A DNA stretch of 64,000 nucleotides from Trichoplax adhaerens (lineage: Eukaryota; Animalia; Placozoa): the NCBI RefSeq assembly GCF_000150275.1, contig NW_002060946.1, positions 3,615,454-3,679,453 of the forward strand. The letters run 5' to 3'. The translations under genes were made by a program, and so were the position numbers. The notes beneath the pieces are model-generated. The model saw nothing but the letters and a program-made list of their open reading frames with translations, was not told where the DNA came from and made no database searches. This document shows positions 41,406 to 54,325 of this stretch, piece after piece (positions within the stretch are counted from its first letter, which is position 1; every line of letters begins with the position of its first letter).

Positions 41406-43939
41406 AGTCGTAATCTAGACCGATCATAATGGATGGTTAGAAGTAGCTGTTATTATCTAATTTAGAAATGGTTTATTTCCAGCTTGGATTTTATTTGCCT
41501 ATTATTCTTTCTATCTTATTATGGACTTGTCCAACTTAAAAATGGACAATATTAAATCATTGACTATCATAAATTAACAGTACTATATCAATTTAGAATA
41601 AATTCACGGAGAAATAATCTTTAAGCTGTAATCCATCATTGATATGCTATTACACAAGTTAAAAGCAGGATTAAAGTTGATCAACTTTATGGAAAATATT
41701 TAAAAACGTGTTCATCAAACAAGGCTATAACTGTCAGTCTCTTTGCCGATAGTATGGATAAAATTATAAATAGAAAGGAGATCCATCATATTAAATCTAT
41801 TCCTCGTTGCTTTTCTACATCAATCTTTACAAGACATAAAATAATGTTTTATCAATTTGTTCATAAAAATTTAAACTTAGAGATAGGGAAATAGCGAGTA
41901 AGTTGTCAAAGAAGTGAGTATACCTTAGAATTATCTTGGTAGCTTCCAAATAAAAATTTCTACTCGTAATAATTTTTCTTTTCTTCTTAGTTAATATCAA
42001 GCCAAGAATAAGTCCAACGACTTTGAAATCATCTAAGATTTTTCATCAGCTAAATTAAAAGAAAATCCAATCTACGTATAAATGGCCGCAAAAAGGAATT
42101 CGATTGACCAATACACTGTATTCACCAATCTCTAATTTTTTTTCTTCCCCTCAAGATCGTCTACGTCTATGAAATGACAACTGGAATTTTCTTTTAATTT
42201 CTTATTATAATAGTCCATATCCAATATGAAGTATCGCAAAATCATTTATTGTTCTCAGATAGAAAAGATTGCATAGTTTAAAATGGATGAATATTCAAGA
42301 TAATGCCTTACAATCATAGCAATTCATTCTCATTAATTAAAAATTTTTTTTTGTCTTTCGAGTATTATTTTTAGCCATCTTGGCCCTGTTGAAAACAATA
42401 CTATACGAGGTAATCATTGAAAGAAATGATACAATCGCATTGGAAGGAATCGTATTTATTGATTTTGATGATGAATCAAACAATAGTAAAATACAAATAT
42501 TTCAATAAGAGTAAATTAAACTCATCAATCAATAAATGGACAGAAGCAAGTTTCTTCATGAGTGTAGAATATAGCTTGAGTAGCGATGCAATAGTATCGA
42601 AAAAGTATTTTTCATTTTTTACTACAGTCACTCGATCTTTATAAATATTCATAGAGATTGAATCCAACTTGATTATTTTCATGTGTGAAACAGCTGGATT
42701 AATAGAGTAAAGGAATTTTTTTTTTCATATTTTTCCTCTCCGCCCTCTTCCGTGGGCAGCATGCGAAGATTTATAGCTTTACAGAAATCGAAAGAAGCCC
42801 CAAAATGGATCTAAATTCATTTCTATACCACTTAAAAGATTAACGAAGTAAAATTCCAACTTTTAATCCCTCATCTTATAATGAAAATCAAATAATATAT
42901 AAAGCAGAGGATAAAAAAATAAGTTATGTATCAACAGCAGGAGATTAATTAGCTCTTTTACTACAAAAGAATGTGTTCCGATAATACCGTAACTTATCCG
43001 TTTAAAGCAATCATCATCATAACCAATCAAGTTATTATGATATATGATCGCTCTATAGAGTGGTCAATGCTTCATTTTTTTATCTTGTACTACAAGTTAA
43101 ATTAGCTCTAGGAAATAATAACTTCCAAAAAGATCGATCGGGTAGGCTTGATATCGTAAGTCTACGAGTAGTTTGTTGCGTAATAAGTAATAGATTGAAG
43201 ATAAATTATCTTCCTTTCGTAATCATGACCTCTACAGCAGCAATGTAGTATCCTTAGTGAATAAATATTAATTCAAGGTGTCAAAGCCACTGTCTTCATA
43301 AAACAATACTTGGAAATATTAGAATTATTCACAAGGTCAACATAGTTATTTCAAAATTAACCAGATGTTGACTATTTAGAAAATTATTGTTCCGTCTACC
43401 CTATTCATTGTGCTCTACCATAGAGTCAAGTTGACATGGATAAGATTGATCTATCATCACTAAAACAATAATTTTAAATCACATTACTCGATGTAAAGCT
43501 GTAATATAGTATTTATGACGGCTAAAATAGGATTAATAATGAAAGAATAGTGGCAAAGGATTGCAATTGACATAACTCTTTTTCGCATATACTATAATGA
43601 CAATGACGATACTACGTGTACACTATATACCCTTACTCCATGTACGAAGTTAAAATTTACTACACGAATAGAATACACCGATCTTGATATTTTAAAGATT
43701 ACTAACAAATAAATAATATCGACGATGAATAGTAAAGATTTTACTTTATATCATGTCGATAGCTTGAGAGTAATCATAATAGTAACTGGAAGAGTATCAT
43801 CCTTAAGACAATCCTATTTCCGTATGTCACTATTACAGTATCGTGGTAGAGAAACATGACATTACTCCATCCCTGTAGCGATTTAGTTCATATTATATAA
43901 CAGCTATGACAGGCAGAATGCGATAAATACTTTTAAGAT

Positions 43940-45010
43940 AGTAATCCTAATAAATAGCAGCAAGAGTGTGTGTACTTGATACAGCTTAACCCATTTACTG
44001 TTTAGCTCACATACTGTAATCTAGTAGGAGTGATGAGTACGTGGGGTGATAGTTATAGTAAATAGTAACTAGAGTGATATTTGATATAACCTACTCCGCT
44101 TACTGTTTAATTTTTGCTCGTATAGTCTAACAGGAATGGTATGTAAACTATATTTAATAATACTTATAATAAGCAATAACCAGAATGATATTTGATACAG
44201 ATTATTCCGCTGGCTGTTTAATTTTAGCTCATGTAATCTAAATGGAATAGCAAATAGAATATATCGGTATTTATTAATAGTCATAGTAAATAGTAACCAA
44301 AGTGATATTTGATACAATTTAATCCATTTAATATAGCGTTTTAAAATTCATGAAATCTAGCATGAAAGATAGAATATATTTAATAATAGTCTAGTTAATA
44401 GAAATCAGAGTGAGGTTTGATACAACTTAATCCGTTTACGATGTAATTTAAGCTCATACAATTTAGCAGGAATAATAATAAGTAAAATATATAATAAATA
44501 CGTAGTAACTATAGTAATTATAGTTACCAGAATCTGCCAGAATGATACTTGATACAACTTACTCCGTTTACTATTTCATTCTAATTCATATGATTTAGCA
44601 GGAATAGTAAGTAGAAATTTGCCAGTATTTAATAATAGTTACTGCAGATAGTAAGCAGAATATGGTTGATACAATTTACTTCATTTACTGTTTCATTTTA
44701 GCTCTTATAATTGAGCAGAAAGAATAAGTGGAATGAACCAGTATTTAATGACAGTTATGGTAAATAGTAACCATATCAATGTTTGACATAAGGAATTCCC
44801 TTTATCCTATCCTTGTGATTCATCTAATCTAATGGAATGATAGCTAGCTAGAACGCGTTCATTAATTGTTGCAATAAATAGTAGCAAGAGTAAAGTAACA
44901 TAACTTATCCCATTTACTGCAGTGTTTTAGCCTACATTATTATGGCACATCGTGGTAAGTAGAATATGATCAATAATTAATTATATAGTAATAATCGTAG
45001 TAAGTAAAAA
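43940..45010. repeat. Diverged 105-130-bp tandem array (about 9 copies) between the SLC7 paralogs
   Basis: Recurring gtaaatagtaacc.gagtgatatttgatacaactta.tcc.tttactg...tttagctcat...aatctagcaggaat. Confidence 0.85.
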
Positions 45011-46752
45011 GAATAGTGGCATTGGATGCAAATCTTTTCCTGATATCGTAATCGAAATCGCGCTGCTAACTTACTTTAAGGTTTAATGTATCAACGACGA
45101 TATTACTGCGGGTGCATTTTTTACAAAAATTGCAATGGATTTGATTCTTATCCTTGTTGATGACATAATGAAATTATCGAATATAATAAACCGATCTGAT
45201 GATCGATGCTGTATGTAAAGAACTACATCGTTTCACACTAACGATAAAAGTCTATTACAGCTACCTCAATTTATAAATTGATCGTTTCATCTTGCGGCAT
45301 TAAGTAAAACTACGCATACACGAATAGATTGCTACAATCCACTCTTGAATTACCCACCAATATCAATGAAACTTTCCTACAGAATTGGTTTAAGGTTGGT
45401 TAGCTTAGCCTATTTATTGTATAGTATAACACTTTCCTGCTTTTCAGCAATATTTACCTAGCGTGCAAATCTAGCATTGTACTTACATATAATACAGTAT
45501 GCGCGCATTTATTAAATGTTCAACCTTACAAAATACGAATTTAGCAAGCAAGAACATTGCCAACACCTCTAGCTCAAATCTATTAATTATTGTCAAATTG
45601 TACAGTACTATACAACATAGTAATAATCCGATGACCCTTCTGTAACCAATTTTCTTCTACTCTATTCGTAAATTTTGGACCATAGACTGTCCATTTAATT
45701 ATAACTGGTCTTATTGTAACAGGCAGAACAATGTCTATCTCGTCACATGTTTATGAGCTAAAAAAGCTAATTTTACCAAACCGATGATATTATATTGATA
45801 ATAATTATTTTTACGTTAAATTGCTTGAAAATTGGTTAAATTACCCAATATAAATAATGTCATCCAAATCACCAAAAATCCAAATCTTACTTTACCAAAC
45901 TTGATCTCACAAACCATTCATCGAGATAAAAACAATCGACAATGATGTTACGCTAAATAGCAACAGTAGTAAATACTATTTTCACAACCATTTTATATTA
46001 GAGATATATTAATATTGCAAGAATCAGTAAGGTTAAGAGGTTATACATGGTCGCCTACGATCTACAGCTTTCCGAGCACATAAATAAAGATAATCTTAAT
46101 CAGAAAGAATACGACACATTCGAAATTTAAATTAAGACGCAATCATCTCTTCATATGCTCATCAAACTTTATAGTATCGTTGGAAAATAACATGTTTTCT
46201 AAACTCTTATCTATAGTACTTCTTGGACATTTTACTAGCTCGATGATGAGGTCTTGCTTATAATTCGACGAAGCATTAACAAAACATCCGCTCAAACAGA
46301 TACCTTAATATTAACAAATACAATTAACATATTGGGTAACATTACCGGCAAGAATATGCGTTAGGAATATTAGTATACATATCGATATTAATGTAACGAT
46401 TAATGACTATTAAAGTTTGAAATTAGATTACTAACAGCTACCGAGGTCAACCATGCATTCAAGTGATTTATAATATACCATAATATGAATTATTAGGTGA
46501 TTAAAGTTAATTAGATAATAGAGTGATTACTTGGAATGCTTAGCTATTGTAATTACTATTATCAGAGCACAGTCTTTGCCAAAAAAAAAAAACATTCCAT
46601 TAAAAATACTACGGCAATCAAGAATAAAATAACGATTGCTGCAAATTCTCCTTTTCAAAAACTTCAAAAGGCACAAAGTATCGTCCCAGTTATATACAAT
46701 AAATGCTTTCAGATGTCGTAATTGATATAAACATCACTTTAAATGGATCACA

Positions 46753-49700
46753 TTAAAATGCCTCTTCGGTGTTGGTGTGATCCATAACTTCTACACTGGT
46801 TTCAGTTTCACCAAGGAGGCATAATCGTTGGAAGTACAACGTTGCACTTTCTACATTATTACAGAAAGTACTACTTTAGTACAATCATAATCATTTATAC
46901 TATTTAATAATTACTTTTATTATAACAAAAAATTCATTATAAAATACACGTACCAGTAGCATCTATCATAAACTGAGGTGCATAGTATCCTTTGATAAAA
47001 ACGAAGTACAACGGGATTCCAACAGCAATAAATGCAGCAGCAATTAACGAGTCAGTTGGAGCTTGAACGATAGGAGCAATAACCAAGTAAGCAGAGATTA
47101 GAACCATCAAGATTGGGATAATAATCCAAACCTAAAAAATTATATACAATATTTAATGGACATGATGAATTCATTTTAAAATTCTAGAAGTTGTTACAAA
47201 ATGCGCACTTTGAAGGGTCGATGAAGGTCTGGTTGTTTCCATCTTAGTAATAATAAAGTTATGAAAGTTGCTCCATAAAATAGCCATGCAGCAAAACTGA
47301 AATAATTGATTAGGGTTTCAAAGTCGCTTGGAATCAGGAACAAGATCGCAACGAAACACTAAATGGGAAATAAAATTGACGTTGAATTAACAAAAATAAA
47401 AAAAAGAATCCTTTTGAAAAATAAAGGCTGTAACAAAATGAACGATTTGTGTCGGCATTTACCTGGAAGATCATTGCAGGCATAGGAGTAAGTCTAGTTC
47501 TATGAATCATAGACATCAATCTTGGTAAATGACCCTCTCTAGCAGCCACAAAGTTCAGTCTATTACGAAAAATTGATACAAAAATGAATATTAGTACTAA
47601 AATACACTTGCACCCCAACGTTAGTAAAAATATATATAAACCTTTCTTTTACCTGCAACCACCGAAAGCACTACCGTTACAGGCACCAAAGGTAGAAAAT
47701 GCGACAAACATGGGAACCAACCATGGTACATTTCCAATAACACGGGCAGCAACAGTCTAAAGAAAGACGTATCTATTATTAATATTCTACGTCATATTTA
47801 TAGCAGCTACTATAATTCTTATTAAGAAATTCATACCGAGGCAACGGCTGCAGAATCTAAAATATCTTGTCTTGTAAGAACGGTGAAGTAACAAATATTA
47901 ACTAGGATATAAATAACGGTAACCAATGGTATGCCGATTAAAATAGCTCTAGGCAAGTTCCTAAAGGAAAATAATCATTTTTTAATATCATAATATTATA
48001 ACAAAGACACTAAAAGAAAGGGACTACTGCATACTTTTCTGGCTTCTTAACTTCTTCGGTAGCGAAATTCAGGTTATTCCTATAAAGATAGAATAAAATA
48101 TTTAATTTCAAGAACGGTTTGTAATTATGATACGATGAGCAGATTCTTACCATCCATCATATGCCCATAAACCTTGATAAAAAGCCAGTGCAACCACACC
48201 AACGTTAGTTTCAGAGCCTTCCCAACTGTTGGCATAGTTTTTAGTATTTCCTTCAAAAAAAAGGCACTTCTATCAACAACATTCAACGTATCGCAATAAA
48301 GCTACTCGAGGTTACAGTACGATATCTATAAAGATTTGTTGTAAATAACAGAGGTCCATAGTGTATTTGTTTATCGTTCATTTACGGTATCGGATTACAT
48401 AACAATTTAACGAGTGGATTGCTACTTACTATTGGCATACAAGATGCAAATAACATCAATTTAATTTAATAAGAAGCTTACCTCGTGCAAGTTCAGCAAT
48501 ACCAATGATAACTAATCCGAATACTGCAACAAGTTTAGCAGCCGTAAAGATATCCTGCAATTTAGTAGCCCATCTAACACTGTAACAGTTAACGCCTAGG
48601 ATAATTGCTAAATTTCCGAATAGAAAAATAAGGAAAATAGAGATTAATAATTTTCAAATAACAGTCTGTAAAAGACTTCTTATCAAAATTCATTTAAATA
48701 TCAATGACGGAAGCAATTGTAAAAGTCAGTAATTAATTCATTTCCTGTCTACACACATGTAAAAGCGATAAAACTATGGTGAAAAGGCAACGCATACATA
48801 TTTCTGTGCCAAGATAGAGATCGGTCTCTGTTGAGACCAGACCATCAAGACAAGACCTCTCACTGTCGATAGAATATATGATGGTGAATTTAAATTTTGC
48901 CAATGTAGGATTTTTTATTTCTTTTCATACAAAGTAATTTCATTTATTAATAACTTGATCAATTGAATAAGAGCAAGCATTTGTTTTTGTTTCCATTCTA
49001 TTATGCATGTCTTTCTATATTGCCGACATCCCATCTTGCATTATTAACTACCGATAGCAATATATGACAGATGTGAAAGTTGAGTGGAAATTATTTCTAA
49101 TCAAACTACACGTAGTCTACATCGAATTTTTTTACTGATGGCGACGATATTAATCCTACCATTATATAAAGTCAACTAACACATCACTTAATATGAATAG
49201 TCGTATCCGCTTATGGTCGTTGCCATGAGCGCGTGTTTCAACACTACATCCAATCTGTGATTCCGTTCACTTGTGAAATACTAGTGAACGATTTGAATGT
49301 CTTAACTGCCTTCCAAGTGTTGTTGAAGTGAAGAATAAATAGTCATTTTGTATTCACAGTGAATGTCTTCAAAACTACACAAGAGTATCCGTAGTTGATC
49401 GGAAAACTGTCATGGAAGCAAATAGAAGAACAGTAAAAGTTTTTCATGATCCATTCTATCCAAACCCACGGTAAAAATGGATCACGTAGCGTCACTTTTT
49501 TTTTCAACTCTACCTGTAGCCTAGTGATCTACTGTAGAAGTATTTTCTGGTCACTATTTGTACTTCCCAACAATCTGTAACTGACTGTGATTCTTCGAAG
49601 TGCGCTAATAACCCAAAAGTTCAGTTGCAAGAATCAAAACGAGATTGCTATCCATGTAATTTGCAACATATTTAGTGATCATCTACATTGTATCATCATG

Positions 49701-52457
49701 GCCATTTCCTTCAAGTGTCTAAGTGCTTCCTTATCAGCACTCTTCCAATCACATGGTTCAATTTGAGGACTGGTTCAATACCATGTCCAAAACCATTGCA
49801 ATGTCCTAGTGTTATTGTATGTCAAGTAGGCAAGCGTCCAGCTTCGTGTATGGATGACTGCCAGAGCCATTTTTTTTTGCACCACCCTACCCTGCCCTGC
49901 CTGATTGTTCATAAAACTTTCAATGCAAATGGAAAAAAATTCATTGCCTATCTCTATTTCTTTCCACTCGTTTCCCATTGAGTAAGCTATCGATCTTGCA
50001 CTCGATTATCATTCAACATTCAACGATGAAACCATCTGATATGGAAAACTACTATCCACCTGGCTGGCTGGCTGGCTTGCCGTCGGTCTCCAGCGAGCCT
50101 ATTTTGATTTTGATTTTTTTTTTTTGAAAAGAGGGATAAGATAACACCAAGACTCCTTGATGACTGCTATCTAGACTACCAGTTATCAGGAGAAAATGGA
50201 TGCGAAAAGGAAGAGATAATCATGACTGTTTATTTGTCAACGCCATAACGACAGGCGGTTACTGTAGCCACTTGTGATCATTGAAAACATGAGGCAACGC
50301 CGTACAATGCGGTACCCATACTAGGGTTGTGCGTCTATACACAACTATTCAAACTAGTTCATTTTATCAAAGATGAATGGAATGCATGATGCAATACTGG
50401 CTTGTCCTCGATGGCGTCCGTCCGTATGATGCTATGTACATGGACGCCGATATAGTATAACAGTGTTGTTTTCTGCCTATCATCATGACTGCATGCAATA
50501 CACTCGACCAACTACTAAAATCATTTTCCCATTAGATCTTCCTTTTTCCAATCCATATTAATATTGCTTACTACCATGACCAAATAGAGCCATTGACAGA
50601 AGAAATATACGATGTTGTAGCTGGAGAAATGTTATTGTTTAACTAATAGCAGCATAGTAGAGTACCATTAGTTTACTCATAAAACTACCGTGGTATAAAC
50701 AATGTTATTCATTAATTAAGGTTTCCAAAAAAAAAAATGCATGCCAACTACCAATATTCTAGTACAGGTAAGTATAACCACAATAGTGAAAAAGGTCAAC
50801 TCCACCGTTCATGTTGAAATTGGATATTCTTTACTTTTCCAGCTTGCCTTAAAGCATTTCCCAAAACAAAATCCCGCCTAGGGCGTAATTGGCATCGGTC
50901 ATTAAAATTACAACAAGATCCAATTGGATCTATGACGATTGCAATCTTCTCACCATCTCTTCTGAATTCGACAGTAAAATGCATCGATGCTTAACAATAA
51001 ATCACATAGGCTACACGTTAACAAGGCACTTTTCTTTCTCAGTAACCTTTCAACTAAACACTACAAATAAAAGCAATTTCATCCATCTACAGAAGCGTAT
51101 GACGAAATGGACTCATTTCAATCGTGTTATTTTTCCTCTTCAACAGCGACCGTAAAGTACAATTATTAATTAAATATAACCACAGATGAGCAAAATTGGA
51201 ATTCAATCAACACCCAAATGCTTTTATAATCATCATTTTACGACGTTGCGGCCATACACGATTGTTCAACCTCGACAGTATCTATCCACAACATTTCATG
51301 CGCACTATAGTAAGATGTAGTAAACTACATCTCGAATGCGTGTTGATACTCTCATCCGATAGTATCATAATATAAACAAAAAATGCACCAACGCCGCTCC
51401 ATACAGTACGACACTGCTAGTCAGCCAATCGATTCTATGTGTAAATACGCTACGATGTATTCATAATCAACATAGGAACCCATGCCGAATGGATGCTTTC
51501 CTCATCAATTTAGTTTGCTACAATAACAGCTTACACGTAGGATTAACTTGATACCTCGAACAGATATTGAACTATTGTAGTTTTCAACGTCCTTACAGCA
51601 AAATACTGTCTACTGCATAAGCATACCCTACGGCACATTGAGGCGTGCTCGCGCACTGGATTTAAGGCAAGTCTATCGTATTTAGTCAAGTTTCTTCTAG
51701 GTCATGGAAAATAATTCCATGACCATGGTGAAAGGTAGTATCATCAATCGGCATCGCGTGTGAAAATGTTTTTCGATGTACAAGTTACAAATAATCCTGT
51801 TTTGTAGACAGTCGTAATTACAGTATCAAAATTGGGATTGGTTAGTCTATTGCCTTTGTTGTATTGAAGCCATTAATAGTAAATCTTTATTTTAATGGAA
51901 GGGGGGTATGAGTAGAAATAAAAGAAGAATAAGTGGACTGCAACTTCATGTTGCCTTAACTTACCGATACAAAAGACAGCTAACAATTTCATAATTGGTG
52001 CAGGAGGCGTGCAGCCAGGAAAGAAAGGTTGAGTAGCGTATTCAGCGAAGGCTACGGCGATAGCCGCTACTGACGATGGCTTGAGGATGATGACGGACGT
52101 CCAAGCGAAAAGAAATGCAGGCAATTCGCCCATCCCTTTCAGGATATAAGCGTATTCTGCTCCTGACATGCGGATAGAAGTACCTAATTCGACATAGGAA
52201 ATAGATCCACCGAGAGCGATGAGACCGCAACCAGCCCATACAAGCAGAGTTAAGCCAATGGATCCAGAACCGAGTAGAACACCTTTCGGTGAAATGAAGA
52301 TTCCTGATCCGATCATAGTACCAATGATAAGCGTGATACCACTGATCAGACCGACTTCTCTTTTGAGCTTTAGTCCTCCTCCTTCTCCATCTTTCTTCTC
52401 TTTGGTGGGTTCACGAATTTCTACCCCAGGTCCAATTTCTTTAAATTCTTCTGCCAT
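46753..52457 (-). CDS. SLC7 heteromeric amino-acid transporter light chain, b0,+AT/SLC7A9-like (paralog B)
   Basis: Same motifs and intron positions as paralog A: [50 protein letters not shown]. Ends ..HTNTEEAF*. First intron about 3.4 kb (48608-51964). Confidence 0.92.
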
Positions 52458-54290
52458 GGCTAATGGATGATGCTTTTTTTTTCTTCAAGGAGAAAACTTG
52501 ATCAAACTATTTGACCCGTCAAAAAATAAAGTTGTCAATGATTGTTCTACTCTCTCTACACAGTAGAGTAAACACATTCAATTACGGCACACACCAATGA
52601 CAATAAAACATGCGATGTATACTATAATAGTAGTGGGAATCATTGCCAACGTGTGATAGCATGACTAGGCAAAACTAGATGATGATTTAAGGCCAACGTT
52701 GAAATTCGATTTGCTATCCTACTCTTCTACTCGTTGACAACATTCAAGATGAAAATGATCAACTTAGTTATCTACTTTCTTACCTGCAAGGAAGACGAAA
52801 AACAGCGATGATATGGCCGCACTTATCGCCACAACACACGCTACAGCAGTAATTTGGGAAATAAACTTTTAACTAGGCGGGAAATGATTACATGTATGGA
52901 GAATCGATCGAGTAACCGGTATTACCGGAATGTCAAAGTATTGTTAGTATGTATGATGATTGGCATCATGCATTCGCTCCACCAATCATCGCCGACGTGA
53001 TATTTGGATGACTATAGTGGTCCCTCCCATTTTGCAACCTTTGTTGATGGATTGGCAAGACTATCAAAAAACGTGCCAAAGTGCTAACTACAGCCACTAA
53101 TTAAATGGTCAATAATGGCTTGTGGAAGGATAAAAGTCGATCTTGGACGATAGTAGAATGGCACTGATGAATGTGTATGGACATTGATTGCGTGTTACTA
53201 TGCTGGTAGCGTAGTTGTACTGTTTTCAACGGCTGGACACTTGCATGCTGCTTGTTGCTAGCACTAGCAACAAAAAGTAGCTTGGGATAATATTGACATT
53301 TTTCCATTTTGACTTGCTTCATACTTTAGACTGTAGTACCGTAATTGCGTTGGCACAATCCATGGCGTGCTGTACAAACTCCAAATAACACTGGTGCATC
53401 GCCAATGCTAGCGTACGTAGAATGATCGGCAAAGCGGTGGTTGATATTTTGAAAACAATAATAACAAAAAAATAGATTATGGCCGGATACGTAAACGCAG
53501 CACCCACTAGTAGATGCTGTACAGAGTAATTCATGTTCAATTTTGAAAATAAACTCACTGGAAAGCACATTTAGATATTGACAGTAAAAATAAAATGGAT
53601 CATAAATCAATACAATCTCTGGCCAAGTCAAAGTATGAAAAGTTCATCTGCACAGCATATGGTAGTCTATTCATTGATCTATCCTCACAACGATCAAATT
53701 ACGGATTACTGTACACACAATGTACATGTTGTACATATTTCGGCTAGAAGGTGTAGTAAAAGTAGAATACGACGGTCATGGACGAAAGATCGACCATAGC
53801 AGTCCTCTGCCCATTTATTTTTGATTGAATTCATTTAATTGATTATTATTTTTAAAACCCATCAAAAAACAATCATTGCTGCTGCACCATTCCCTCTGAA
53901 TATGGGTGGTAGAGAAAAAAAAACTAAAGCTACCAATCGATCTGGCCATTTCATTGAACTCGTCCGATTTCATGTTGTTCTGTACTATCGCCTCCAATTG
54001 ACATCCTACACGCACAGTACGGTACAGTACCATGCGTTGTCCACGCATTCATCGGCCATTGATTCTGAAATCGTACTTTGATATCTGTATTGTTAGAGAA
54101 CAAAACGATTACAGACTGCTATTGTCTTCAAGGAAACAATCAAATCTTTTGTTCCTCTTTTATATTCATTAAAAGGTAACGCCGTCTCTGTTGTAGGCTG
54201 TAGTATCGTAGAAATGCTCACCCTTGGCGTGTTGACTCATGACATTACAGTATTAATTAAGTGAATACTATTAACTACTACTGTATAGTC

Positions 54291-54325
54291 TACAGTACCG
54301 TGTACTGTACTGTACTGTACTGTAT
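54291..54325. repeat. (GTACT)n pentamer microsatellite
   Basis: tacagtaccgtgtactgtactgtactgtactgtata. Confidence 0.75.

Noticed and set aside
42380-42682. Short ORFs between the SLC7 genes as viral or transposon remnants
   Set aside because: No recognisable domain, terminal repeats or target-site duplication.
41146-52470. Plus-strand ORFs 41146-41340 and 52219-52470 similar to each other
   Set aside because: They are antisense shadows of the conserved SLC7 exon 1.
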